Shown here one piece after another: positions 26,479 to 37,139 of a stretch of DNA of 64,000 nt. The notes under the pieces were generated by a model that was not told the DNA's origin, did no database searches, and saw only the letters and a program-made list of their open reading frames with translations. The position numbers were made by a program, and so were the translations under genes. Each line of letters opens with the position of its first letter. Positions within the stretch are counted from its first letter, which is position 1. The stretch spans positions 33,792,001 to 33,856,000 of the forward strand of contig OZ249440.1 of the NCBI GenBank assembly GCA_965235115.1, given 5' to 3'. The stretch is from Laetmonice hystrix. Its lineage: Eukaryota.

Positions 26479-27388
26479 TATCAGTGATGATCGTTCCATT
26501 GACCCAGGAAGAAAACACTCATATGGAAGGGAGCTTAGTCGGCGTCTATCACAGGCTACTAAGTATCAGAGAACAAGTAAGAAGGGCGGCGTCCATCCCG
26601 ACAAACGTATGAGAGTGAGTCGTCCTCGTCTTCTGCCGAACGACGGTCGAGGGGTAAGTCTAGTGTACGTCTCCCTGACCTAGATTCTGATACAGACACT
26701 GACATAACCAATAATGAACGACCGTACACTTCCTTTGGAATACTATTGGTGCAACGGTTTCATCCAAGCTACGCAGGAAGGTGTTGGCTGAAACATTCAT
26801 CGAGATGGCAGAGCTACTGCCCGATTACGCCATTCCTCAGGAGCCTGAATATGTAATGAAGTTAGGTAAGAGCAATTCTGCAACTTGGGTACGCCAACAC
26901 AAGACAAAAGCCACTTTTACCTTCCCAGAGTTGCACGATGCTTTGACACGTTTATGCCCATATATATGGAGAAAGCTCGAGATGTGGCTGAGGCTGTCAA
27001 GCTGGCAAAAAAGCTCTCACATATCGGCAAGAGAAATCTAGTATGTGTAAGCTAAATTGTAATTGGTTATCTTATGATCGACATTTTCGGGTGGACGGGC
27101 AGATGCAACCGTGTTCATGGCAAATCACGCGACATGGCCTTGTCCTTCAATACCAACGTTCCTCTCAGGGATACCAGAAACAACCAATGCAGCAGCAACA
27201 GGAGTAGTAGCAGCAGCAGCAGCTGCAGCAGCATCAGCAGCAGCGGGGAGGCCGTATGTCACTCAAAACAAGGGATGGTTTCAGTGTCCCAATTGGATTC
27301 TGCGTGGCATACCATTCCAAGACCGAGAGGTGTAAAGACGGACCATGCTGTAGATACCGCCATGTGTGTCCCAGATGCCAAGGCAGAT
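26479..27388 (+). pseudogene. Decayed gag/ORF1 of a tyrosine-recombinase retrotransposon (Ngaro-like); left arm of an inverted duplication
   Basis: FIEMAELLPD, NWLSYDRHFR..W (~27061-27120) and zinc finger FCVAYHSKTERCKDGPCCRYRHVCPRC. Multiple stops and frameshifts. Mirror copy on the minus strand at 28179-28588 plus 36280-36765. Confidence 0.65.
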
Positions 27389-28178
27389 GGTATCGGGGCA
27401 CTGCCCCCCTGTACATTTGCCACCGGATATCTGCCCCCGGACTTCTGCACCCTATGATATCGGCCCCCCAGACATTCACCCCCTGGACATTAGCCCCCGT
27501 AGGACTTTTGCCCCCATAGGACATCTGCCCGCCAGACATTTACCCCTCGTACATTAGCTCCCGTAGAAATTTGCCCCCCTAGGACATCTGCACCTCCCAG
27601 ACATTCACCCCCTGGACATTAACCCTCATAGGATTTTTGTCCCCCTAGGACATCTGCCCCCAAGACATCGCCCCCTGGACATTAACCCCCGTAGTACTTT
27701 TGTTCCCATAGGACCCTAACCTAACACTAACTTTAACTCTAACCCTGCCCTACGGGTAGTACTTCTACCCCTAGGATCCTAACTCTAACCCTGCCCTACG
27801 GGAAGTACTTCTGGCCCCCTAGGACCCTAACCCAACACCGCACCCTTACTCTAACTCTAACCCTGTCCTACGGGGTTTAATGTCCAGGGGCGAATGTCGC
27901 GGAGGGGGCAGATGTCCTTGGGTGGGGCAAAGGTCCAACTGAGATTAATGTCTGGGGGGTGAATGTCTGGGAGGTGCAGATGTCCTAGGGGGCAAAAGTT
28001 CTATGAGGGCTAATGTACGAGGGGTAAATGTCTGGCGGGCAGATGCCCTATGGGGGCAAAAGTCCTACGGGGGCTAATGTCAAGGGGGCGAATGTCTGGG
28101 GGGCCGATATCATAGGGTACAGAAGTCCGGGGGCAGATATCCGGTGGCAAATGTCCAGGGGGGAAGTGCCCTGATACC
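27389..28178. mobile_element. ~790-bp MITE/foldback element with GGACATT/CCCCC sub-repeats and central CTAACC repeats, at the axis of the inverted duplication
   Basis: Ends GGTATCGGGGCAC... / ...GTGCCCTGATACC, C-rich left arm, G-rich right arm, (CTAACC/CTAACT)n core at ~27715-27865. Confidence 0.75.
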
Positions 28179-28633
28179 ATCCGCCTTGGCATCTGGGACA
28201 CACATGGCGGTATCTACAGCATGGTCCGTCTTTACACCTCTCGGTCTTGGAATGGTATGCCACGCAGAATCCAATTGGGACACTGAAACCATCCCGTGTT
28301 TTGAGTGACATACGGCCTCCCCGATGCTGCTGATGCTACTACTACCCCTGCTGCTGCTGCATTGGTTGTTGCTGGTATCCCGGAAAGCAACGTCGGTATT
28401 GAAGGACAAGCCCATGTCGCATGATTTGCCAGGAACACCGTTGCATCTGCCCGTCCATCCGGAAATGTCGATCATAAGATAACCAATTACAATTTAGCTT
28501 ACACATAGTAGAGATCTCCTGCCGATGTGTGAGAGCTTTTTTGCCAGCTTTACAGCCTCAGCCACATCTCGAGCTTTCTCCATATATATAGTCTAGGTGA
28601 AATAAGGAAGCACCCAAAACAAATTGCAATAGT

Positions 28634-31600
28634 AACGAGGCAATAGGTGTTGCTAGGCAACACCGGATCCCATTTCCCATTTATGTACATGACGTGTGCC
28701 TAGCCATGACGTGTACATGTACATGACATCTACATAGCCATGACGTGTCCGCAGCCAAGACCAGACCTTGTGATACTTCCCAAAACAGTAAATTACGTCA
28801 TGACGTCATGACGTCACGTCATATGACGTAAATCTTGACGTCATTAAAAAAGCATCTATGAGATCCTTTTAGTGTTGAGTAGTAACTATGACCCTATCTA
28901 GCATAGTTTAAGAGTTATAGGCCTCTGAAAATGCCAATGACGTCATTATGACGTTATACGTCACACGACGTCATAAATTTTGGTGTCAATTGAAAGGGCA
29001 TATATGACTTCCTATTCATGTTCAATAGTAACCATGGCTCTATCTTACACCGTTTTGGAGTTACAGCCATTTGTTTCTGAAAAATGGCTATGACCCAAAT
29101 TCAATGTCACGTGGTACTCTAAAAATAGATCACAGCCCTTATTCGGATCCCGGGGGTCTGGAGAACCCCATGGAGATTCTCTGGTATCAATTTGGGCTCG
29201 ATTTGTCAAAAATTGGGGGAGGAGTAGCGAATTGGTCACATTTTGACCTCTGACCTAGATTTCAAGAAGGTCAAAGGTCAGAGGTCAAATTGATGAATAA
29301 AATTATTCCCTATCATGTGGCAAGTTAAGTGCTATGAATGGATTTTCTCTACCTCTTCTTGCAAATGCTACAATGAGGTACTTCCCAAAACAACAACTTA
29401 CGTCATGACGTCATGACGTTACGTCATATGACGTCATACGTCATACCAGCGCGAGCGGCAAAGATGTTTGACCTTGCCACCAAGTTTCATTGAGATATCT
29501 CTAAAAATGAGAAAATGGCCAGGGATTTAACTACGAGGAAAAGAATAATAATAACGAGGCAATAGGTGTTGCTAGGCAACACCGGATCCCATTTCCCATT
29601 TATGTACATGACGTGTGCCTAGCCATGACGTGTACATGTACATGACATCTACATAGCCATGACGTGTCCGCAGCCAAGACCAGACCTTGTGATACTTCCC
29701 AAAACAGTAAATTACGTCATGACGTCATGACGTCACGTCATATGACGTAAATCTTGACGTCATTAAAAAAGCATCTATGAGATCCTTTTAGTGTTGAGTA
29801 GTAACTATGACCCTATCTAGCATAGTTTAAGAGTTATAGGCCTCTGAAAATGCCAATGACGTCATTATGACGTTATACGTCACACGACGTCATAAATTTT
29901 GGTGTCAATTGAAAGGGCATATATGACTTCCTATTCATGTTCAATAGTAACCATGGCTCTATCTTACACCGTTTTGGAGTTACAGCCATTTGTTTCTGAA
30001 AAATGGCTATGACCCAAATTCAATGTCACGTGGTACTCTAAAAATAGATCACAGCCCTTATTCGGATCCCGGGGGTCTGGAGAACCCCATGGAGATTCTC
30101 TGGTATCAATTTGGGCTCGATTTGTCAAAAATTGGGGGAGGAGTAGCGAATTGGTCACATTTTGACCTCTGACCTAGATTTCAAGAAGGTCAAAGGTCAG
30201 AGGTCAAATTGATGAATAAAATTATTCCCTATCATGTGGCAAGTTAAGTGCTATGAATGGATTTTCTCTACCTCTTCTTGCAAATGCTACAATGAGGTAC
30301 TTCCCAAAACAACAACTTACGTCATGACGTCATGACGTTACGTCATATGACGTCATACGTCATACCAGCGCGAGCGGCAAAGATGTTTGACCTTGCCACC
30401 AAGTTTCATTGAGATATCTCTAAAAATGAGAAAATGGCCAGGGATTTAACTACGAGGAAAAGAATAATAATAACGAGGCAATAGGTGTTGCTAGGCAACA
30501 CCGGATCCCATTTCCCATTTATATACATGACGTGTACCTAGCCGTGACGTGTACATATACATGACATGTACATACCCATTACGTGTCCCCAGCCAAGACC
30601 AGACCTGGTGATACTTCCCAAAACACTAAATTACATCATGACGTCATGACGTCACGTCATATGACGTAAATCTTGGCGTCATTGAAAGAGCGTCTAGTTC
30701 CTATTCGTGTTCAATAGTAACTATGACCTTATCTAGCACAGTTTAAGAGTTATAGGCCTCTGAAAATGCCAATGACGTCATTATGACGTTATACGTCACA
30801 TGACGTCATAAATCTTGGTGTCAATAGAAAGGGCATATATGACTTCCTATTCATGTTCAATAGTAACCATGGCTCTATCTTACACCGTTTTGGAGTTACA
30901 GCCATTTGTTTCTGAAAAATGGCTATGACCCAAATTCAATGTCACGTGGTACTCTAAAAATAGATCACAGCTCTTATTCGGATCCCGGGGGTCTGGAGAA
31001 CCCCATGGAGATTCTCTGGTATCAATTTGGGCTCGATTTGCCAAAAATTGGGGGAGGAGTAGCGAATTGGTCACATTTTGACCTCTGACCTAGATTTCAA
31101 GAAGGTCAAAGGTCAGAGGTCAAATTGATGAATAAAATTATTCCCTATCATGTGGCAAGTTAAGTGCTATGAATGGATTTTCTCTACCTCTTCTTGCAAA
31201 TGCTACAATGAGGTACTTCCCAAAACAACAAATTACGTCATGACGTCATGACGTTACGTCATATGACGTCATACGTCATACCAGCGCGAGCGGCAACGAT
31301 GCTTGACCTTGCCACCAAGTTTCATTGAGATATCTCTAAAAATGAGAAAATGGCCAGGGATTTAACTACGAGGAAAAGAATAATAATAACGAGGCAATAG
31401 GTGTTGCTAGGCAACACCGGATCCCATTTCCCATTTATATACATGACGTGTACCTAGCCGTGACGTGTACATATACATGACATGTACATACCCATTACGT
31501 GTCCCCAGCCAAGACCAGACCTGGTGATACTTCCCAAAACACTAAATTACATCATGACGTCATGACGTCACGTCATATGACGTAAATCTTGGCGTCATTG

Positions 31601-32497
31601 AAAGAGCGTCTAGTTCCTATTCGTGTTCAATAGTAACTATGACCTTATCTAGCACAGTTTAAGAGTTATAGGCCTCTGAAAATGCCAATGACGTCATTAT
31701 GACGTTATACGTCACATGACGTCATAAATCTTGGTGTCAATAGAAAGGGCATATATGACTTCCTATTCATGTTCAATAGTAACCATGGCTCTATCTTACA
31801 CCGTTTTGGAGTTACAGCCATTTGTTTCTGAAAAATGGCTATGACCCAAATTCAATGTCACGTGGTACTCTAAAAATAGATCACAGCTCTTATTCGGATC
31901 CCGGGGGTCTGGAGAACCCCATGGAGATTCTCTGGTATCAATTTGGGCTCGATTTGCCAAAAATTGGGGGAGGAGTAGCGAATTGGTCACATTTTGACCT
32001 CTGACCTAGATTTCAAGAAGGTCAAAGGTCAGAGGTCAAATTGATGAATAAAATTATTCCCTATCATGTGGCAAGTTAAGTGCTATGAATGGATTTTCTC
32101 TACCTCTTCTTGCAAATGCTACAATGAGGTACTTCCCAAAACAACAAATTACGTCATGACGTCATGACGTTACGTCATATGACGTCATACGTCATACCAG
32201 CGCGAGCGGCAACGATGCTTGACCTTGCCACCAAGTTTCATTGAGATATCTCTAAAAATGAGAAAATGGCCAGGGATTTAACTACGAGGAAAAGAATAAT
32301 AATAATAATAGAGTAGATGAAACGCTACAACAACAAAATCCCATTTCCCTTGCAGGGAAATGGGATAATAATAGAGTAGATGAAACCATACAACAACAAA
32401 ATCCCATTTCCCCTTGCGGGGGAAATGGGATAATAATAGAGTAGATGAAACCATACAACAACAAAATCCCATTTCCCCTTGCGGGGGAAATGGGATA
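28634..32497 (-). mobile_element. Stack of Helentron-like (HINE) elements: four 916-919-bp bodies with 3' ends and three ~63-65-bp 5' ends
   Basis: Units start at 28634, 29553, 30472 and 31388. Minus-strand 3' end is subTIR GGGAAATGGGAT, stem-loop GGTGTTGC-CTA-GCAACACC and CTCGTT. The 5' end is hairpin ATCCCATTTCCC..GGGAAATGGGAT plus (TAT)n, repeated from 32311, 32374 and 32439. Confidence 0.85.
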
Positions 32498-32764
32498 ATA
32501 AACCATATACCAAATGAAAGCTCACGAGCTGCTCTATAACATATCAAAAGTCTAAGAAAATCTAATTAGTGGAACAACTTTTTCTAGAGGGGGGAAACTT
32601 TGGCCTTACGCATACCCATATGCCAGACGTTATTTGTGACATTACCTCTCTAAACATTAATATAATGCCAATATACTGTAATAATATAAGATAAGATGAG
32701 AGAGGATCTAAGATTAGATAAAATGAGATAATATAAGATAAGAATTTATTTATTTCAAGTACAT

Positions 32765-33035
32765 TTTTTTTTTCATCTTTTTTTTTGGGGATGCAACTGG
32801 ACAACGGCCGATTCCTCGAATGCAATTGCTGTTGGGTACATGAAGAAATCTTGAAGAAAAGACTAAATGCACTGATGTTAAATGTTTTCATTAAAGAATG
32901 TGTAAACTCGCATAAAAAGCAATAAGACTAACAGAAAAACGCCAACGCCAAAGAACCGTTGCAACAACTGTCTTGACGCGGGGGTTTTTAGGTGACGCGC
33001 GGGGGGACAAGAAACAAATCTTTTTTTTGGCCTTA
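32765..33035. mobile_element. Possible Zator-like MITE end fragment
   Basis: Terminus TTTTTTTTGGCC-TTA (minus strand TAA-GGCCAAAAAAAAG). Only one end is visible. Confidence 0.3.
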
Positions 33036-33059
33036 CGTACACATACACAGCATGGCAAC

Positions 33060-34990
33060 AGGAGTACAATTAAAACAAAACACATTTATATGTACATACA
33101 TGACAAACACTTACAAGGGCCTTAAATCTATATACAGAAGCTTAGTTATGTGACGCATTCAAAAATACCTCCCATTTTCTAAGAAACCTTCCTCTTTGTT
33201 TGTATTCTTTGCTACTTTATTTTCTACCATTAATTCTTCGTTTAACCTGCTTTTGAAACCCGTTTGTTCTGTAATTTTTTTCCTGAACTTTACATCCATA
33301 AATATAATACTTTCCTAAAAGTACAACACTGTTCCATATTATGATATTTTGAGCTTCTGAGAGGTCTTCAAACAAAACACACACTTCTGATAAATTTAAC
33401 ATTGCCATGTACTAACAATTGTATTAAACCATGTTTCAACTTGTCTCCAAAATATTTGGACCTTTACGCACCTATAGAGTAAGTGGACATAGTGTTTCTT
33501 TATCGGCGTTACAAAATTTGCATTGATCCGACACCCATTTTAACTAAGAGGGGATTTAAAGCGACTATATTATACAAAACAGTGTATTGGAATTCCTGTA
33601 TTTTCTTTCCCGGGGGGGGTGGGGGGGGGGTGGGGGGGGGGGGTGCAACCTCCCTTAGAATCCCCCATATAAGAAAACAAAAAGTTGTCGAATTTTTTCC
33701 TGAAAGAACCACGGTATGAATCTGAAATCTAAAGTGGTAATTAACCAATATCCCATAAAATAATAATAATATAATAATATAAGAGAACAACAGCAAATAA
33801 CTGGCAATGATACATTGATAGGCCGACTAGATGACTGCAACCCCCCCACCCCCCACCCCCCAACCCTTGAAAAAAATCCTGGATCTGGCCCTGCTTACTC
33901 CCCTTTCTAATTTAAAATAACCTGAGGTGTAACCGTTATTAATATTACAGGCTGAGATATCATTATAAAAGGTTTTCACCCGTTGAATAACATTAGGGCC
34001 AAAATGAAAGTTTCCATTGTTTTTATCATGAATTTCCAATTTAAGGAATCGAAAGCATTTTCAAAATCTGTGCATACTATTAAACCTGGAATATCCTCAC
34101 TTTCCATTATATTCTATAAGGTCTAACACTTGCCTCACACGATCCCCAATAGATCTTCCCTCAACATAATCCGTCTGATCAATCATTATGGTGTATTATA
34201 TCCGGTAATACCTTTTTCATTCTATATGCTATTACTTTAGTCATGAGTTTATAATCTGTATTCAGAAGTGAAATCGGACGCCAGTTTTTAAGTGATAACC
34301 TATCCTTTCCTTTATCAATTAGGGTTATTACAGCTTTCCTTTGAGATACGAGTAGAATTTGGTTGCTATAGCTTTTATTGTAACAAGATACTAATATACT
34401 GATGTAATGTAAGGGTACTGTCATTTCAGAAGTATTTATAAAATTCCGTTGTAAGCCCCTCATTCCCTGGTGATTTGTTGTCTTACACTCATCTTCAGTT
34501 ATTAGTCCCTCACAACTTTCTTTCTGTTTCGGTGATAGTCTAGGTAATGATGTAGGGTTAACAAACTTATTTGATTTTCTTCCAAATCGAGTTGTGTTAT
34601 TTTCTCTTTATAAAGGTTTTCATAAAAGTACTCTTCTTCTAATAGAATTGGTTTAGGGTCTGTTATATATTTTCCAGGTGTAACTTCAATTATAGAATGT
34701 GTTTCTTGATGGAATTTCTCCTCTCTAAGTTCATAAAATACTTGGTGTTCCTTTCACCACCCTCATACCATTTTGCCTTTATAATTGCCAGAATAATTCC
34801 TCTAGCGTTTTCTGTGTCTATTTTTCCAATCTCTTTTTTCATTTCTCGGTATTCTAAAAGGTTGTTCTCACTTAGGTTTTCCTCTAGTTCTTTCAGCTTT
34901 TGTATAAATTCCTCCTCCTTAGACCTTTGTCTTTGAGCACGTTGTTTTGAATATATCCCGTTTATATCCAATATCCAACGCATGACTCTT
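33060..34990 (-). pseudogene. Decayed, internally deleted Tx1/L1-clade LINE ORF2
   Basis: KAKWYEGGERNTKYFMNLE, ITLIDKGKDRLSLKNWRPISLLNTDYKLMTKVIA, CKFCNADKET..HLLYRC and LLGKYYIYGCK. Many frameshifts, and MITE fragments at ~33610-33893. Confidence 0.88.
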
Positions 34991-35260
34991 GTCTAAATGT
35001 TTCAAGACTAGTGTTTACTTAATCAAGCTAAATTGCTTATTTACTAAATTGCGCCATGTACATGCTGCATCACGTAGCTCAATCAGTGTTTCCAACAACA
35101 AATTTATGTATTATGTACTGGAAATAAGTAAATTCTTATCTTATATTATCTCATTTTATCTAATCTTAGATCCTCTCTCATCTTATCTTATATTATTACA
35201 GTATATTGGCATTATATTAATGTTTAGAGAGGTAATGTCACAAATAACGTCTGGCATATG

Positions 35261-36098
35261 CAGGCCCGTAGCCAGGGGGTGTTCGGGGTGTTCAAACGAA
35301 CCACCCCCTGGACCCATAGTCCCCCCTGAGAGGGGGATCTGGTCCCCTCTGACAGTCAGGCCCTTAGCCAGAGGGTGTTCGGGGTGTTCGAACAACCCCC
35401 CCCCCCGACCCATGGTCACCCCTATGACAAAGTTTAAAATTTCTATCTCCAAATGCCAGTAATAGCATTTTTATGCCTTCTAAATTTAAAAATGTCCTGG
35501 GAAGGACCCCCAGAACCTTCAGAAATTCTATCTCCAGATGCCAGGAAATCGCGTTCTTTTGCCTTCTGAATTCAAAAATTTTCTGGGGTCTCACTACACA
35601 TGTTATTGACCCCCTCTAAAATTTCATGGCGCCCTTCCTGCCAATCATGAATTCGGACACTGGTCATTGAATAGCTTATTTTGTGCTCCAAAATGCATCA
35701 GATTTCACCAAATTCACCTTGAATTTCAACATTTTCCGAGGGCATGCCCCTAGACCCCCCTAGCAAGGATTCGCGCCTTCGGCGCTCGCAGACTTCGAGC
35801 CTTCGGCGCCCCTAAAAACGTTGGACCCCCCTCCTACTTGAAAAAGCTGGATCCGCCCCTGCTAACTATAGGCCGAAATGCTTTGAGAAACTTCACAATT
35901 TATATATATCTCAAAATGCCAGAAAATAGCAGGGGGATTGCCTTCTAAAATCAAAAATTTCCTGGGGGAGGTCCCCGAGACCCCTGCGTATGTTTGCGCT
36001 GTTCAATTTCCCTCTGGCCCCCTGACGCCGGGCTTACTGTCGGTCCCCCTTTGGCCCTCCAACAAACCACCCCCTCTGGATAGCTGGCTACGGGCCTG
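35261..36098. mobile_element. 838-bp hAT-like MITE with 5-bp TSD, inserted in the right TIR of the Academ-like element
   Basis: Perfect TIR CAGGCCCGTAGCCAG / CTGGCTACGGGCCTG, with ATATG duplicated (35256-35260 and 36099-36103). The left TIR (~32611-32630) gives the empty site with a single ATATG. A nested end CTGGATCCGCCCCTG lies at ~35847-35861. Confidence 0.9.
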
Positions 36099-37139
36099 AT
36101 ATGGGTATACGTAAGGCCAAATTTTTCCCCCCTCTAGAAAAAGTTGTTCCACTAATTAGATTTTCTTAGACTTTTGATATGTTATAGAGCAGCTCGTGAG
36201 CTTTCATTTGGTATATGGTTTATTACTATTGCAATTTGTTTTGGGTTACGGCCCATTTGAGCACAAATCACCCGGTCTAATATGGGCATAAACGTGTCAA
36301 AGCATTGTGCCACTCTGGGAAGGTAAAAGTGGCGTTTGTCTTGTGTTGGCGTACCCAAGTTGCAGCATTGCTCTTACCTAACTTCATTACATATTCAGGT
36401 TCCTGAGGAATGGCGTAATCAGGCAGTAGCTCTGCCATCTCGATGAATGTATCAGCCAACACCTTCCTGCGTAGCTTGGATGAAACCGTTGCACATATAA
36501 TATTCCAAAGGAAGTGTACGGTCGTTCATTATTGGTTACGTCAGTGTCTGTATCAGAATCTAGGTCAGGGAGACGTACACTAGAGTTACACCTCGACCAT
36601 CGTTCGGCAGAAGACGAGGACGACTCACTCTCATACATTTGTTGGGATGGACACTGCCCCTTCTTACTTATTCTCTGGTACTTAGTAGCCTATGATGGAC
36701 GCCGACTCCGCTCCCTTCCATGTGAGTGTTTTCTCCTTGGGTGAATGGAGCGATCATCACTGATAGTGTCTGAGGTAGAATTATCGTCACTAGCATGAGG
36801 TTCCACAACATTGCCCGATGTGCTCGGATGAGGTAACGATTGGGTTTGAATCCATTGTTCAATCCGTTCTATCCTGCTCTGATAGCACATGCATGGCGTC
36901 AGGGCTTCTTGACTTTCTCGACCATCGGTAACGTCAGTAGTTGATCCGTCATGGCATGGAGAAGCATTTTCGTTAGTGTTGTCAGTATTATTTGTATAAC
37001 CATATCGCTGAGGCTGGTTGCAAGTACGTTTGGGACGAGAGGACTTGGTGTTAATATTAGGCAAGATGTACAAGTCAAAATTGAAAGTAGCAAGTAACAG
37101 CGAGAAAAGATATAGTTAGAAGTATACTCAGTGATTATA

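Larger units (their letters stand above)
28589..36279. mobile_element. Non-autonomous long-TIR DNA transposon (Academ-like) with nested insertions
   Basis: TAG...CTA termini. TIRs of ~310-325 bp (28589-28635 + 32498-32764 versus 35113-35260 + 36104-36279); the outermost ~30 bp are diverged. Comparison with the empty site in the other palindrome arm (~26955-26975) implies a 3-bp ATA duplication. Confidence 0.7.
28179..37130 (-). pseudogene. Second (inverted) copy of the Ngaro-like gag, split into 28179-28588 and 36280-37130 by a 7.7-kb insertion; includes the N-terminal part
   Basis: Mirror ORFs 28048..28311(-), 28110..28475(-) and 36277..36462(-) match 27256..27519(+), 27074..27457(+) and 26781..27041(+). 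It extends 5' into SSRPKRTCNQPQRY...SRIERIEQWIQTQ. Confidence 0.7.

Noticed and set aside
27715..27865. Telomere-like (CTAACC)n, also GGTTAG at ~19970-20000
   Set aside because: Short, degenerate and internal to MITEs. Not an interstitial telomere.
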